64,000 nt of DNA, taken from positions 32,001 to 96,000 of the forward strand of contig CAXVYR010000003.1 of NCBI GenBank assembly GCA_963666975.2, read 5' to 3'. The DNA is from Terriglobia bacterium. GTDB lineage: Bacteria > Acidobacteriota > Terriglobia > 2-12-FULL-54-10. A program made the translations under genes and the position numbers. Under the pieces are notes generated by a model that searched no databases, had not been told where the DNA came from, and was given only the letters and a program-made list of their open reading frames with translations. Positions 20,725 to 31,600 of the stretch are shown here, piece by piece; the stretch's first letter is position 1; each line of letters begins with the position of its first letter.

Positions 20725-22383
20725 ATGATTTGCCGTGATTCCTCCGATAGGAAATTTTTTCATCCGACGCGGTCTTGGTGGACGGGCTTGGTCACGTGCC
20801 TCGTCATGAGTTTGTTGAGCTTTTCCTGTTCCCGGCAGCATGAGGAGGCCATGACCGGGGCAGCCTACCCGCAACCGCGATACCCCCGGTATCTGGTCAA
20901 CCCCGATATGGACGACCTCCTGATTGCAGCGCGAGTTGCGGTCAGCCAGCCAACCGGGCGTGCACCCTTAGGGAAAATGCAGTCTGGGCAGAATATTTAC
21001 GTTTTCATCCAGTGGGGCCAGGACATGAGAGTCTGGGAGGCGGTCAAGCAGGCCTGGGACGAGAAAGGTGTGGAGGCCCATGCGATTGGAATCTGGGATG
21101 TCATGGGAATGACGAAGGAAGACTATGACAAAAGGATGGAGCTGAACATAGTCCACGGCAATGAGGGCTGGAAGGAGGCAGGGATATTCCTCCGCCGAGA
21201 CTACAGACAGTATTTTTCGGAAGAAATCCAGAACCAGTTTGGTGACCCGATTGTTGACTTCCAGATAATCGACCCCTATCTGATCGCTTATCTCGACAAG
21301 CATCCGGAGATCACGAATATTTATGCCGGCATTGGTGGCCGCAATTTCTTTGTGAGTTGGCTTGGGCCGAAGCATGCCGATAAGTTCCAGGGGAACTGGA
21401 TTTACTACCGGCCGGTCGATCTGCTCTCCAAGGCGGCGGAATTTCCTGCCGATGTCTGGAATCTGGTAGATGAGAAAACGTTGCGCCCGATCCCCTTCGT
21501 TTCCGAGGTGACCTTCCAGGACCCCGAGGGAACGAACCTGCACTGGACCTTGACTCCGGAACAGTCCAAGCTGTGGAGCCTTAATAGCGGAATATCCAAT
21601 CACATTTACATTTATCCCAGTCCCTTACGTTCGACAATGCAGGAAGGAGGAGTGCTGGCAGCACACGCTAACCATACCGGCATTTTCCCGACCATGACTG
21701 TTAACCTCGATCGTTACGGGGCTATCGAACGGATCGAGGGTGGCGGGCGTGTGGCAGAAATGTTCAATATACTGCTGAATCATCTCGCATTCCAGGATGT
21801 GAAGTTTCCGAAAGCGCCCGCGCCGGGTTACTGGTTTTTCCGACAGGATGGCTTTGCGACCAATCCGAAATTCATTCGCAGCATACCGGCGCTGATCGAA
21901 GGGGGGGCGTTTTTGCCGAATGCCTCCGAGCGGAACCGGGCAGGAATCCAGCACCTGGCGTTTGCCTACAATTCCACAGATCCCGAGGATCTGGCCTATG
22001 CAGAGCAGAGAGGAATTCCGTTAGGAGATGGCCAGCATAACTTTCACATGCACGTTTATTTTCCGACTGTGCAGTGGAAGCTGCGGGACACGGGAGAGTG
22101 GCTGACGGTAGCGGAAAAAGGGTATGTGAGGATGTTTGATGACCCGGAGGTACGTGCGCTGGCGGCGCGTTACGGAGATCCTGACTTGATCTTCCGGTAT
22201 GAATGGATCCCATCTGTTCCAGGGATCAATATGCCGGGAAACTACGAGAACGATTTCGCCCGCGATCCCTGGGGCTGGATTATGTCGGAATGGCAACGGA
22301 TCCAAGAAGGAACCTACGAGTACTTCGTAGAGGAATACTCGCTGGACGAGCCGGTGGCAGCGCTTCATTCTGGCCGCCCGTAA
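20725..22383 (+). CDS. M29/NicX-fold-like probable lipoprotein, type B1
   Basis: LLSFSC lipobox-like; DPEGTNLHW, SNHIY, QDGFATNPK, ERNRAGIQH, HNFHMH. Confidence 0.65.
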   Translation: MICRDSSDRKFFHPTRSWWTGLVTCLVMSLLSFSCSRQHEEAMTGAAYPQPRYPRYLVNPDMDDLLIAARVAVSQPTGRAPLGKMQSGQNIYVFIQWGQDMRVWEAVKQAWDEKGVEAHAIGIWDVMGMTKEDYDKRMELNIVHGNEGWKEAGIFLRRDYRQYFSEEIQNQFGDPIVDFQIIDPYLIAYLDKHPEITNIYAGIGGRNFFVSWLGPKHADKFQGNWIYYRPVDLLSKAAEFPADVWNLVDEKTLRPIPFVSEVTFQDPEGTNLHWTLTPEQSKLWSLNSGISNHIYIYPSPLRSTMQEGGVLAAHANHTGIFPTMTVNLDRYGAIERIEGGGRVAEMFNILLNHLAFQDVKFPKAPAPGYWFFRQDGFATNPKFIRSIPALIEGGAFLPNASERNRAGIQHLAFAYNSTDPEDLAYAEQRGIPLGDGQHNFHMHVYFPTVQWKLRDTGEWLTVAEKGYVRMFDDPEVRALAARYGDPDLIFRYEWIPSVPGINMPGNYENDFARDPWGWIMSEWQRIQEGTYEYFVEEYSLDEPVAALHSGRP

Positions 22384-22421
22384 GAAGAGGATGCGGATTG
22401 TCAAAGCTTCGATCCCTCTAG

Positions 22422-22565
22422 AGCATTTCTCCAGTAGGTGTAGAGTTCTGGCAGCCGCGTAGCGTCAGCGTACTCGCTGGCCATTGGGTCGCCAGAGCCT
22501 GCCCCGAGCCAGCCGATGAGGATGGTGGCGCTACATTCCTCCTATACACTTTCGGGAGAACTGCT
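22422..22565. mobile_element. 144-bp MITE (CTAG or TA duplication; IS630/IS5-like ends)
   Basis: IR AGCATTTCTCC / GGAGAACTGCT flanked by CTAG; the paralogous spacer 24265-24338 is the empty site (148 bp shorter). Confidence 0.85.
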
Positions 22566-22605
22566 CTAGTTTGCGTGAGTTTCAACGGAAAGAGAGGACA
22601 GGACA

Positions 22606-24264
22606 ATGAGTATCGGTGATTGTTCACACAAAGCATTTTCTAATTCGGAGCGATTGCGCTGGACAGGCTTGGTCACGTGCCTCGTCATGAGTTTGTTGAG
22701 CTTTTCCTGTTCCCGGCAGCAAGAGGAGGCCATGACCGGGGCAGCCTACCCGCAACCGCGATACCCCCGGTATCTGGTCAACCCCGATATGGACGACCTC
22801 CTGATTGCAGCGCGAGTTGCGGTCAGCCAGCCAACCGGGCGTGCACCCTTGGGCAAAATGCAATCTGGGCAAGAGGTTTACGTTTTGGTCCAGTGGGGCC
22901 AGGATATGCAGGTCTGGGAAGCGATTAAACAGGCATGGGCGGAAAGAGGTGTGGAAGCCCATTCACTTGGGATTTGGGAGGTCATGGGCATCACGAAGGA
23001 CGAGTATGACAAGAGGATGGAGCCGGATATCGTCTACGGCAACGAGGGCTGGAAGGAGTGGGGGATTTTCCTCCGCCAAGACTACAAACAATATTTTCCG
23101 GAGGATCTGCAAAAACAGTTCGGGAACCCGATTGTTGACTTCCAGATAATCGATCCTTATCTGATCGCATATTTCGACAAGCATCCTGAGATCGAAAATA
23201 TTTATGCCGGCATTGGCGGCGGAAATTTCTTTGTGAGTTGGATTGGAGAAAAGCACGCCGCTAAGTTTCAAGGGAACTGGATTTACTACCGGCCTGTCGA
23301 TCTACTTTCCAAGGCCGCGGAATTTCCCGCGGATGTCTGGAATCTCGTGGACGAGAAAATCCTGCGCCCAGTCCCATTTGTTTCAGAGGTCACCTTCCAA
23401 GACCCCGAGGGGACGAATTTGCACTGGAGCTTGACTCCGGAACAGTCCCAGCTGTGGGGCCGCAATTCCGGCGGTTCCAACCATATCTATGTTTATCCCA
23501 ATCCCTTATATTCGACATTGCAGGAAGGAGGAGTGCTGGCAGCGCACGCGAACCATACCGGCATTTTCCCCACCATGACCGTATACCTCGATCGGTATGG
23601 ATCTGTGGAAAGTATCGAAGGCGGTGGGCGTAATGCGGAGCTTTTCCGAATGATGGTGGAAAATCCGCTATTCAAGGAGGCAAAATTGCCGAAATCCCCC
23701 GCGCCGGGTTACTGGTTCTTCCGGCAAGATGGCTTCGCGACCAATCCGAAATTCACCCGCAGCCTGCCGGCCCTGGTTGAAGGGGAGTCGTTTTTGCCGA
23801 ATGCTTCCGAGCGCAACCGGGCAGGCATCCAGCACCTGGCGTTTTCCTACGATTCCGATGATCCCGAGGACCTGGCCTATGCAGAGCAGCGAGGAATTCC
23901 GTTAGGAGATGGCCAGCATAACAGTCATATGCATGTCTATTTTCCGACCATACAGTGGAAGCTTCGAGACACGGGAGAGTGGCTGACGGTAGGGGAAAAA
24001 GGGTATGTCACGATGTTTGACGACCCGGAGGTGCGCGCGCTGGCGGCGCGTTACGGAGATCCTGACTTGATCTTCCGGTATGAATGGATCCCATCTGTTC
24101 CAGGGATCAATATGCCGGGAAACTACGAGAACGATTTCGCCCGCGATCCCTGGAGCTGGATTATGTCGGAATGGCAACGGATCCAAGAAGGAACCTACGA
24201 GTACTTCGTAGAGGATTACTCGCAGGACGAGCCGGTGGCAGCGCTCCATTCCGGCCGCCCGTAA
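22606..24264 (+). CDS. M29/NicX-fold-like probable lipoprotein, type B2
   Basis: Paralog of B1; HNSHMH. Confidence 0.65.
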   Translation: MSIGDCSHKAFSNSERLRWTGLVTCLVMSLLSFSCSRQQEEAMTGAAYPQPRYPRYLVNPDMDDLLIAARVAVSQPTGRAPLGKMQSGQEVYVLVQWGQDMQVWEAIKQAWAERGVEAHSLGIWEVMGITKDEYDKRMEPDIVYGNEGWKEWGIFLRQDYKQYFPEDLQKQFGNPIVDFQIIDPYLIAYFDKHPEIENIYAGIGGGNFFVSWIGEKHAAKFQGNWIYYRPVDLLSKAAEFPADVWNLVDEKILRPVPFVSEVTFQDPEGTNLHWSLTPEQSQLWGRNSGGSNHIYVYPNPLYSTLQEGGVLAAHANHTGIFPTMTVYLDRYGSVESIEGGGRNAELFRMMVENPLFKEAKLPKSPAPGYWFFRQDGFATNPKFTRSLPALVEGESFLPNASERNRAGIQHLAFSYDSDDPEDLAYAEQRGIPLGDGQHNSHMHVYFPTIQWKLRDTGEWLTVGEKGYVTMFDDPEVRALAARYGDPDLIFRYEWIPSVPGINMPGNYENDFARDPWSWIMSEWQRIQEGTYEYFVEDYSQDEPVAALHSGRP

Positions 24265-24338
24265 GAAGAGGAAGCGGATTGTCAAAGACTCGGTCCCTCT
24301 AGTTTGCGTGAGTGTCAACGGAAAGAGAGGACAGGACA

Positions 24339-26006
24339 ATGAGTATCGGTGATTGTTCACACAAAGCATTTTCTAATTCGGAGCGATTGCGCTGGATAGG
24401 AGTGGTCACGTGCCTCGTCATGAGTTTGTTAAGCCTTTCCTGTTCCCGGCAGCAAGAGGAGGCCATGACCGGGGCAGCCTACCCGCAACCGCGATACCCC
24501 CGGTATCTGGTCAACCCGAGTGCGGAAGAACTTCTAGGCGCTGCACGTTTTGCAGTCCGCCAGCCGGTCGGTCGCGCGCCGTTGGGGAAAATGCAATCTG
24601 GCCAAACCGCGCACGTGCTGATCCAGTGGGGTCAGGACATGCAGGTCTGGGAGGCGGTCCGGCAAGCCTGGGCGGAAAAGGGTGTGGAGGCTCATGCGAT
24701 TGGAATCTGGGATGTCATGGGAATTACGAAGGAAGAGTATGACCGGAGAATGGCAAGCAATGTGGTTCTCGGAAACGAGGGATGGAAGGAAGCGGGCATT
24801 TTCTGGACAGGAGATTACAGAGAATACTTTCCAGAGGATATTCAAAACGAGTTTGGCAATCCGATTGTCGATTTTGCGATCGTTGATCCCTATTTAAACC
24901 AGTATCTGGACGAGCATCCGGAGGTCCAGAACCTGTATGGCGCCATTGGCGGAGGTGGTTATGCCAGATGGCTTACGGAGGCACATAGGGAAAAGTATCA
25001 GGGGACTTGGATCTACTATCGCCCGGTTGATCTGGTGAGCAAAGCGGCCGAATTCCCGACGGATGTCTGGAATCTGGTCGAGGAGAAAACGTTGCGCCCG
25101 CGCCCCTTTGTTTCCGAGGTGACCCTCCAAGACCCGGAGGGGACGAATCTGCACTGGATGCTGAATCACGGACAGGCTCAATTGTGGAGCGCTCGTGGTG
25201 GAGCTGTTGGTGACAATGCCTCCAATCACATTACCATTTATCCCAACCCATTGCATTCGACATTCCGCGACGGCGGCGTGATCGCTTCCCACTCGAACCA
25301 TACTGGGATCTATCCTACTATGAAGGTTACCCTCAATTCGTATGGAGCAGTCAATAACATCGAGGGGGGGGGGCGGACGGCTGAGATGTTCCGGTATTTA
25401 CTAAACCATCCCAACTTCCAGGATATCAAGTTCCCGAAAGCCTATGTGCCGGGTTACTGGTTTTTGCGACAAGATGGCTTCGCGACCAACCCAAAGTACG
25501 TCCGCAGCTTGCCGGCGCTGATTGAAGGAGAATCGTTCTTGCCGAATGCCTCGGAGCGGAATCGGGCTGGGGTGCAGCACTTGGCCTTTGCCTACAGTTC
25601 CGATGATGCCGAGGACTTGGCGTATGCGAAGCAGAAAGGCGTTCCTCTGGGAAATAGTCACAACTTCCACATGCACATTTATTTTCCGACGGTGCAGTGG
25701 AGACTGCGCGACACGGGAGAATGGATCACGATATCGGAAAAAGGGTATGTGACCATGTTTGACGACCCCGAGGTCCGTGCGCTGGCCGCGCGTTACGGAG
25801 ATCCTGACTTGATCTTCCGGTATGAATGGATTCCGTCTATTCCAGGGATTAATGTCGAGGGGAACTACGAGAAAGACTTCGTCCCGGATCCCTGGGGCTG
25901 GATGATGGCGGAATGGCAACGGATCCAAGAAGGAACCTACGAGTACTTTGTAGAGGATTACTCGCAGGACGAGCCGGTGGCAGCGCTCCATTCCGGCCGC
26001 CCGTAA
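24339..26006 (+). CDS. M29/NicX-fold-like probable lipoprotein, type B3
   Basis: Paralog of B1; LSLSC; most divergent central region. Confidence 0.65.
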   Translation: MSIGDCSHKAFSNSERLRWIGVVTCLVMSLLSLSCSRQQEEAMTGAAYPQPRYPRYLVNPSAEELLGAARFAVRQPVGRAPLGKMQSGQTAHVLIQWGQDMQVWEAVRQAWAEKGVEAHAIGIWDVMGITKEEYDRRMASNVVLGNEGWKEAGIFWTGDYREYFPEDIQNEFGNPIVDFAIVDPYLNQYLDEHPEVQNLYGAIGGGGYARWLTEAHREKYQGTWIYYRPVDLVSKAAEFPTDVWNLVEEKTLRPRPFVSEVTLQDPEGTNLHWMLNHGQAQLWSARGGAVGDNASNHITIYPNPLHSTFRDGGVIASHSNHTGIYPTMKVTLNSYGAVNNIEGGGRTAEMFRYLLNHPNFQDIKFPKAYVPGYWFLRQDGFATNPKYVRSLPALIEGESFLPNASERNRAGVQHLAFAYSSDDAEDLAYAKQKGVPLGNSHNFHMHIYFPTVQWRLRDTGEWITISEKGYVTMFDDPEVRALAARYGDPDLIFRYEWIPSIPGINVEGNYEKDFVPDPWGWMMAEWQRIQEGTYEYFVEDYSQDEPVAALHSGRP

Positions 26007-26107
26007 ACGACCCGGGGACGCATAGCAAAATGGAATGTAGGGAAGTGGCGGCAGACATCGAGCTTTTATTCATACGGTGACAGGCAACGGAAAGAAAGGA
26101 CAAAACT

Positions 26108-27766
26108 ATGATTTACCGTGATTCCACGCCCAGAGGATTTTTGTGTTCGACACGATCCCTCCCGATGAGCGTCATCGTATGCTTCGTTGTTAGTTTGATT
26201 AGCTTTTCCTGTTCCCGGCAGCAAGAGGAGGCCATGACCGGGGCAGCCTACCCACAACCGCGCTACCCCCGGTATCTGGTCAACCCCGATTCGGACGACC
26301 TCTTGAGTGCTGCACGCTTTGCGGTCCGCCAGCCGACCGGGCGTTCGCCCTTGGGGAAAATGCAGTCTGGGCAAGTCGTTCATGTGCTCATCCAGTGGGG
26401 GCAAGATATGCAAGTCTGGGAGGCGGTCCGGCAGGCCTGGGCCGAGAAAGATGTGGAGGCTCAAGCAATTGGGGTTTGGGAGGTCATGGGCATCACGAAG
26501 GAAGAGTATGACAAAAGGATGGAGCCGAACATAGTCTACGGCAATGAGGCATGGAAGGAGGCGGGAGTTTTCCTCCGCAGAGACTACAAACAGTTTTTTC
26601 CGGAAGATATCCAGAAACAGTTTGGCGACCCGATTGTTGATTTCCAGATAATTGACCCCTATCTGATCGCTTATCTCGACAAGCACCCTGAGGTCCAGAA
26701 TATTTATGCCGGCAATGGTGGCGGCGTTTTTTTTGTGAGGTGGCTTGGGGAAAAGCACGCCGACAAGTTCCAGGGGAACTGGATTTTCTACCGGTCGGTC
26801 GATCTGCTTTCCAAGGCGGCGGAATTTCCCGCCGACGTCTGGAATCTGGTGGACGAGAAAACGTTGCGCCCGATTCCCTTCGTTTCTGAGGTCACGTTCC
26901 AAGACCCCGAGGGGACGAATCTGGAATGGGCCGTAACTCCGGAACAGGCCCAGTTCTGGAGCAAGAGTGCCGGGAATTCCAATCACATCTACATTTATCC
27001 CAGTCCTCTGCACTCGACTTTCCAGGAAGGAGGGGTGCTGGCAGCACACGCCAACCATACCGGCATTTTCCCGACCATGACCGTTAACCTCGATCGTTAC
27101 GGGGCTATCGAAAGGATCGAGGGAGGTGGGCGTGTGGCAGAAATGTTCAACATCCTGCTGAATAACCCGGCATTCCATGATGTGCAGTTTCCGAATTCAC
27201 CAGCGCCGGGTTACTGGTTCTTCCGGCAAGATGGGTTCGCGACCAACCCGAAATTCCTTCGTAGCATACCGGCGCTGATTGAAGGTGAGCCGTTTTTGCC
27301 GAATGCCTCCGAGCGCAACCGGGCAGGCATCCAGCACCTGGCTTTTGCCTACGATTCCGTTGATCCCGAGGACCTATCCTATGCAAAGCAGCGAGGGATT
27401 CCATTGGGGGAGGGGCAGCATAATTTTCACATGCACGTTTATTTCCCCACCGCGCGGTGGAAGCTGCGGGACACGGGAGAGTGGATCACGATATCGGAAA
27501 AAGGGTATGTCACGATGTTTGACGACCCGGAGGTCCGCGCGCTGGCGGCGCGTTACGGAGGTCCGGATTTACTCTTCCGGTATGAGTGGAATCCATCGAT
27601 TCCTGGGGTCAATGTAGGAGGAGAGTACGAAAAGGATTTTGCCCAGGACCCCTGGAACTGGATTATGGCGGAATGGGAACAGATCCAAGCAGGCACCTAC
27701 GAGTACTTCGTAGAGGATTACTCGCTTGACAATCCTGTGGCTGCGCTCGATGCTGGCCGCCCGTAA
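26108..27766 (+). CDS. M29/NicX-fold-like probable lipoprotein, type B4
   Basis: Paralog of B1; ISFSC. Confidence 0.65.
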   Translation: MIYRDSTPRGFLCSTRSLPMSVIVCFVVSLISFSCSRQQEEAMTGAAYPQPRYPRYLVNPDSDDLLSAARFAVRQPTGRSPLGKMQSGQVVHVLIQWGQDMQVWEAVRQAWAEKDVEAQAIGVWEVMGITKEEYDKRMEPNIVYGNEAWKEAGVFLRRDYKQFFPEDIQKQFGDPIVDFQIIDPYLIAYLDKHPEVQNIYAGNGGGVFFVRWLGEKHADKFQGNWIFYRSVDLLSKAAEFPADVWNLVDEKTLRPIPFVSEVTFQDPEGTNLEWAVTPEQAQFWSKSAGNSNHIYIYPSPLHSTFQEGGVLAAHANHTGIFPTMTVNLDRYGAIERIEGGGRVAEMFNILLNNPAFHDVQFPNSPAPGYWFFRQDGFATNPKFLRSIPALIEGEPFLPNASERNRAGIQHLAFAYDSVDPEDLSYAKQRGIPLGEGQHNFHMHVYFPTARWKLRDTGEWITISEKGYVTMFDDPEVRALAARYGGPDLLFRYEWNPSIPGVNVGGEYEKDFAQDPWNWIMAEWEQIQAGTYEYFVEDYSLDNPVAALDAGRP

Positions 27767-27890
27767 CGCAAGGAGACTGAGGGGCCAAACGAAATGTGCA
27801 GAACCGGGTCCTCCCGGATGATATCCATGCAGGGAGCGGTGGCCAGTGCAGTGGTTCCCCTCTGCGGCTGCACAGCGAGGATGTGAGGTT

Positions 27891-28427
27891 GTGACGAGAG
27901 CAACACTTCTTGCGGGGGCGCTTGTTTTTGCTGTTGCGGTTGGAGTGCCGGCGGCCTCGCTGGCCCAAAGCAGCAGGTTCACGCTAGGAAGCGGATCGGG
28001 GGGCCCCGGTCATAGCGTAGGATTGCCGATCTACCTGACTCTCCCCAAAGACAGCGAGTTCGAGCGCATCATTGCAATCGTCGAACCCACTGCTGCCCTG
28101 GCGTATGACCGGGTGGAAGCAATGGAGGAGAACAGCGTTGTGCTCCGCGCGAAAGAGTCCGCTCCCGGAACGGACGGGAAGAGGCGTGTGGAAATCACGC
28201 TGGAAGGGGGGCAAGGAAAGCCGTTGCAGACCGGGCTGGCGGGCATGATTTATTTCACCATTGACCAAGATGCACGGCCGCAGATGGCCTCTCTGCCCGT
28301 TTCGGAGGTGAAAGGTTTCCCGAAGGGAAGTCGCGTGGCAGAAAATTTACGCGGCGATCAAGGGAGTGTCACGGTCTACGAGCCTGGGACAGAACCTGTT
28401 ATGACCTGCTTTTTTTTCACGCACTGA
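27891..28427 (+). CDS. Exported cohesin-like beta-sandwich protein with C-terminal CFFFTH tail
   Basis: Signal peptide ending ASLA-Q; GGPGHSVGLPIYL..G.AGMIYFTI..GSVTV cohesin-like strand pattern. Confidence 0.55.
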   Translation: MTRATLLAGALVFAVAVGVPAASLAQSSRFTLGSGSGGPGHSVGLPIYLTLPKDSEFERIIAIVEPTAALAYDRVEAMEENSVVLRAKESAPGTDGKRRVEITLEGGQGKPLQTGLAGMIYFTIDQDARPQMASLPVSEVKGFPKGSRVAENLRGDQGSVTVYEPGTEPVMTCFFFTH

Positions 28428-28614
28428 GGAAGTCTCAGCACGCCTTCTCAGGCTCGCCTCCAGAAAAAGTTGGGCAGGCACGCCCCGCTTCTCCGTGCTG
28501 GGTTGCGGGTGGCCGGTTTGTTGAAAGCCGGCCTGTGACCACTCAACAGAGGGGGCAGTCCGCCAAGGTAGTCGTAACAAACAATTTCTGTCTTCAGCCA
28601 GACAACAGGATTAC

Positions 28615-31600
28615 ATGAACCGCATTGTGCTTCATTGGTTTCTGCTTAGAGTCGTCGGCCGGCGCGTCATGCTGGGCTACGGTGTAGTCGCGCTTTTGTC
28701 GGTGGCGATTCTGGCGTCCCTGTACATGGCTTCGCGTTACGGTCTGGAAGCTTACGTTGACGACCAGCTCGGCCGGATTCCGTGGGAGATCTCCGTCATC
28801 CAGCGCGGCGAGACGTATCGCTATGCTGAACTTCAGGAAAAGTATCGGCAGCGCGCGGGTGTGCGCGAGGTGCAGGGGCTGGGCTTTCTGCGCGTGCGCA
28901 ACCTGTCGCCGGTGAGATTGGAGGCCGGGAACCAAGCCGTGCCCGTCCGCTGGATTGTGTTTGTTTCCGCCTCCAGCGAGGGATTATTGCCGCCGGAGCT
29001 GCGGAGAGGCCTCGAAGAGAACGGCGGTAGCGGCTCCTCGCCGCGGGTGATCGAAGCCGCGCTGGTGGGCGCTCCCGGAACAGCCGCAGGCGGCGGCAGC
29101 CTGGGAAGCATCCGCGCGGGCAGCGCGTTGCGCGTTTCCGTCGCTCTGGATCCGGAGGGGTTTGCCACGGTCCCGGACGATCATTCGCACGGTCCGGGGG
29201 CAATCGAACAGGACTCCTTACGCGTGCTGTTCGAAGGGGAACTGGCGAGCAACCCCCTGCAAATCGACCGGCAGGAGTTCAACCGGTGGATGTTGCGGGA
29301 GGTGGGGTCGTTGACGTACCTTCCCGAGGAATCCATCGTGCTGCCCGTGCCGATGGAGGATTTCCAGCGACTGGCCTCCCAGTTTCACGACCTGTTTCTG
29401 ACCTCCGAGGGAGTGCACGGAGGGGGAGCGGCGCCCACCTACGTGCCGGAAATGACCCACTTGATTGGCGTGGACCGGGAGCGGTTTGTTTCCACCTGGG
29501 ATCTGTACGGCTCGCTCCGGCGACTGGAGCCGGAGGTACGAGATATCTTCCGGGAAGCGCAGCGGCTGACGCCGTTTTCCTGGGCGAACAGCGATCTGGT
29601 TCTTTTGCTGTCCCGCATGAATGCGATTGCGCGGCTGATTAGCCTGGCGACGTTGCTGGTCTCGATTCCGCTGTTATGGATGGGGTGGGTGCTGGCGAGG
29701 TGGCTGGGGCGGCTGCTGGTTCTGGACCAGCGGCGGCTGATCGGCCTGGCCCTCATCCGGGGCGTTGCCAGCCGCGATGCGGGAAGGGCTGTTCTGTTGG
29801 CCCTTGGTTTAGGAGGCGCCATCGGTGGCTTGGCCGGCCTGCTTCTGGGCACCGGGCTTCCCATCCTGGGGTACTCTCTGGCGGGCCGCGCTGTGCCTCC
29901 GCAGATCGTATTGCTGGAGGCGGTGGTGTACTTCGGGGCTTTTCTGATCGTCGGGGTGGCTCTGGCGGTGCTGTCGGGACGGGATGTGCTCCGGTTTGTG
30001 CGCCGCCTGACGCCGCGGGAAGCCATCTCCAGGGCCGAGGGCGAAGCGGCGGAGAAGGCGGCCCCTGCGTTGTCGCGGTACGACGTGGGAAGTTTCCTGG
30101 TGGCGCTGGCGCTGGGAAGCTACAAGATCGGGTCGTGGATTGCCGGCCAGTCGCCCTTGCTTGACGCTTCGCGGGATCTTTTGCCCAACGGGGTGGTGCA
30201 GGCCCTGGTTGTCCTGGAGGGGGTCTTGAACTTTGTCGCTGTTCCGCTGTTGCTGTACGGGCTGGCGGGCTTGCTGCTCTGGAGAGTCGCCCTGGTCCAG
30301 AAAGTGATCGGCAAACTGACGGCTCCGCTGGTCGGGAGTCTGGATTGGTTTGTCAGCCAGTACATGGCGCTACGGCGCCAGCGGGTGGCGCAGCTTCTGT
30401 TCGTGGCGGGGATGGCGACGGCCCTGAGCCTGATGCCGCAGGTTGCCGGCGACGGTTTTTATGACCGGGTTGTCCGGGGGGTCAGAACGTCGCTGGGATC
30501 GGAGATGCTTTTGGAGTTCGACCTCCAGGCGCTGGGCAGCGATCTGGTAGGCCCGGCCGCCCTGGGCCGTTACCAGCAGGCGCTGCAGCCGCAAGTGAAC
30601 CGGTTGCGCGAGATGATCGCAAGCGATGACGATGTCGCGACCGTGGAAGTGATCCAGCAATTTCTGATTCCCAGCATCTACATACCGGGCCAGAGCGGCC
30701 TGCTGCTGAACCTGATCGAGGACCCCGGCCATTACCTGGCGATGGTGCAATACGAGGACGGCCTGGGGCTGACGCGGAGCTTCCCGGATGCGATCGCCTC
30801 GCTGGAGGACGGGAAGGTGCTGGGGTCGCTGGGGCTGTTCCGGCTGCGCGCCATCCAGCTGGAAAAACCGGTGATTCTCGGCTACGACTCCCGGGGCGAG
30901 GAAATCCTCTCCCAATTTGACGATATCGTGGCCTTCCTGCCGGGCCAGCCGGCGAGAGCCATTGAGCAGCGGGAGGGGTTCGCGACGGCTGAGATCGACT
31001 ACCTGAATTACCTGCTGACGGCAGATGCCCGCATGGTTTTCTCTCAGGAGCAGTTGTTGCAGTCACCCAATTTGCAGGAGTTGACCGTCGTGCCGTCCCG
31101 GGCTGTTTTCCTGATTACCACCCGGAACGGGGTTGCCGGCGCCGAGCTGGCCGCTCGTCTGAGCACGCGGCTTCCGTGGAAGGCCGAACAGGCCCGGTGG
31201 GAAGCGGCGGAACGCGAGCGCCTGGGAAAAGACATGTTCGTGTCGCTGGCGATGGAAAACATGCGGGTCTACATGATCGGGAGCCTGCTGCTGGCATGTG
31301 CCAGCGTGGGGGCCATCGCGTTGTCGAACTTTGTGGCAGACCGGCGCACCTTCGGGCTGCTGCGGCTGCGGGGGGTGGCGCCGTCACTGCTGCTGCGGAT
31401 TACCCTGTCGTTCTTCCTCCTGCCCGTTATGGCGGGCGTGCTGGTGGGCATCGCCGTGGGGGCGGTCTCGGGCTTCGGCTTGTCACAGGCCATCTGGGAT
31501 CTGCCGCGTGTGCACGGGATCGGCGACTTTCTGTCCAACCAGCTGATCTTCTCGGCAACAGCTGGGGTGATCACCGTAACGCTGATCGCCATCTTTGCCG

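Noticed and set aside
20725-20770. Tat-like motifs (SDRKFF; TPRGFL in B4)
   Set aside because: No twin arginine; absent in B2 and B3
20843-20853. GAGGAGGCCATG after the lipobox in all type B genes as an internal start for cytoplasmic isoforms
   Set aside because: SD-to-ATG spacing of 2 nt is too short; explained by Glu-Glu-Ala-Met codons in a homogenised block
17411-27766. Diversity-generating retroelement or shufflon behind the paralog array
   Set aside because: No reverse transcriptase, no adenine-specific template/variable pair, no invertase or inverted cassettes
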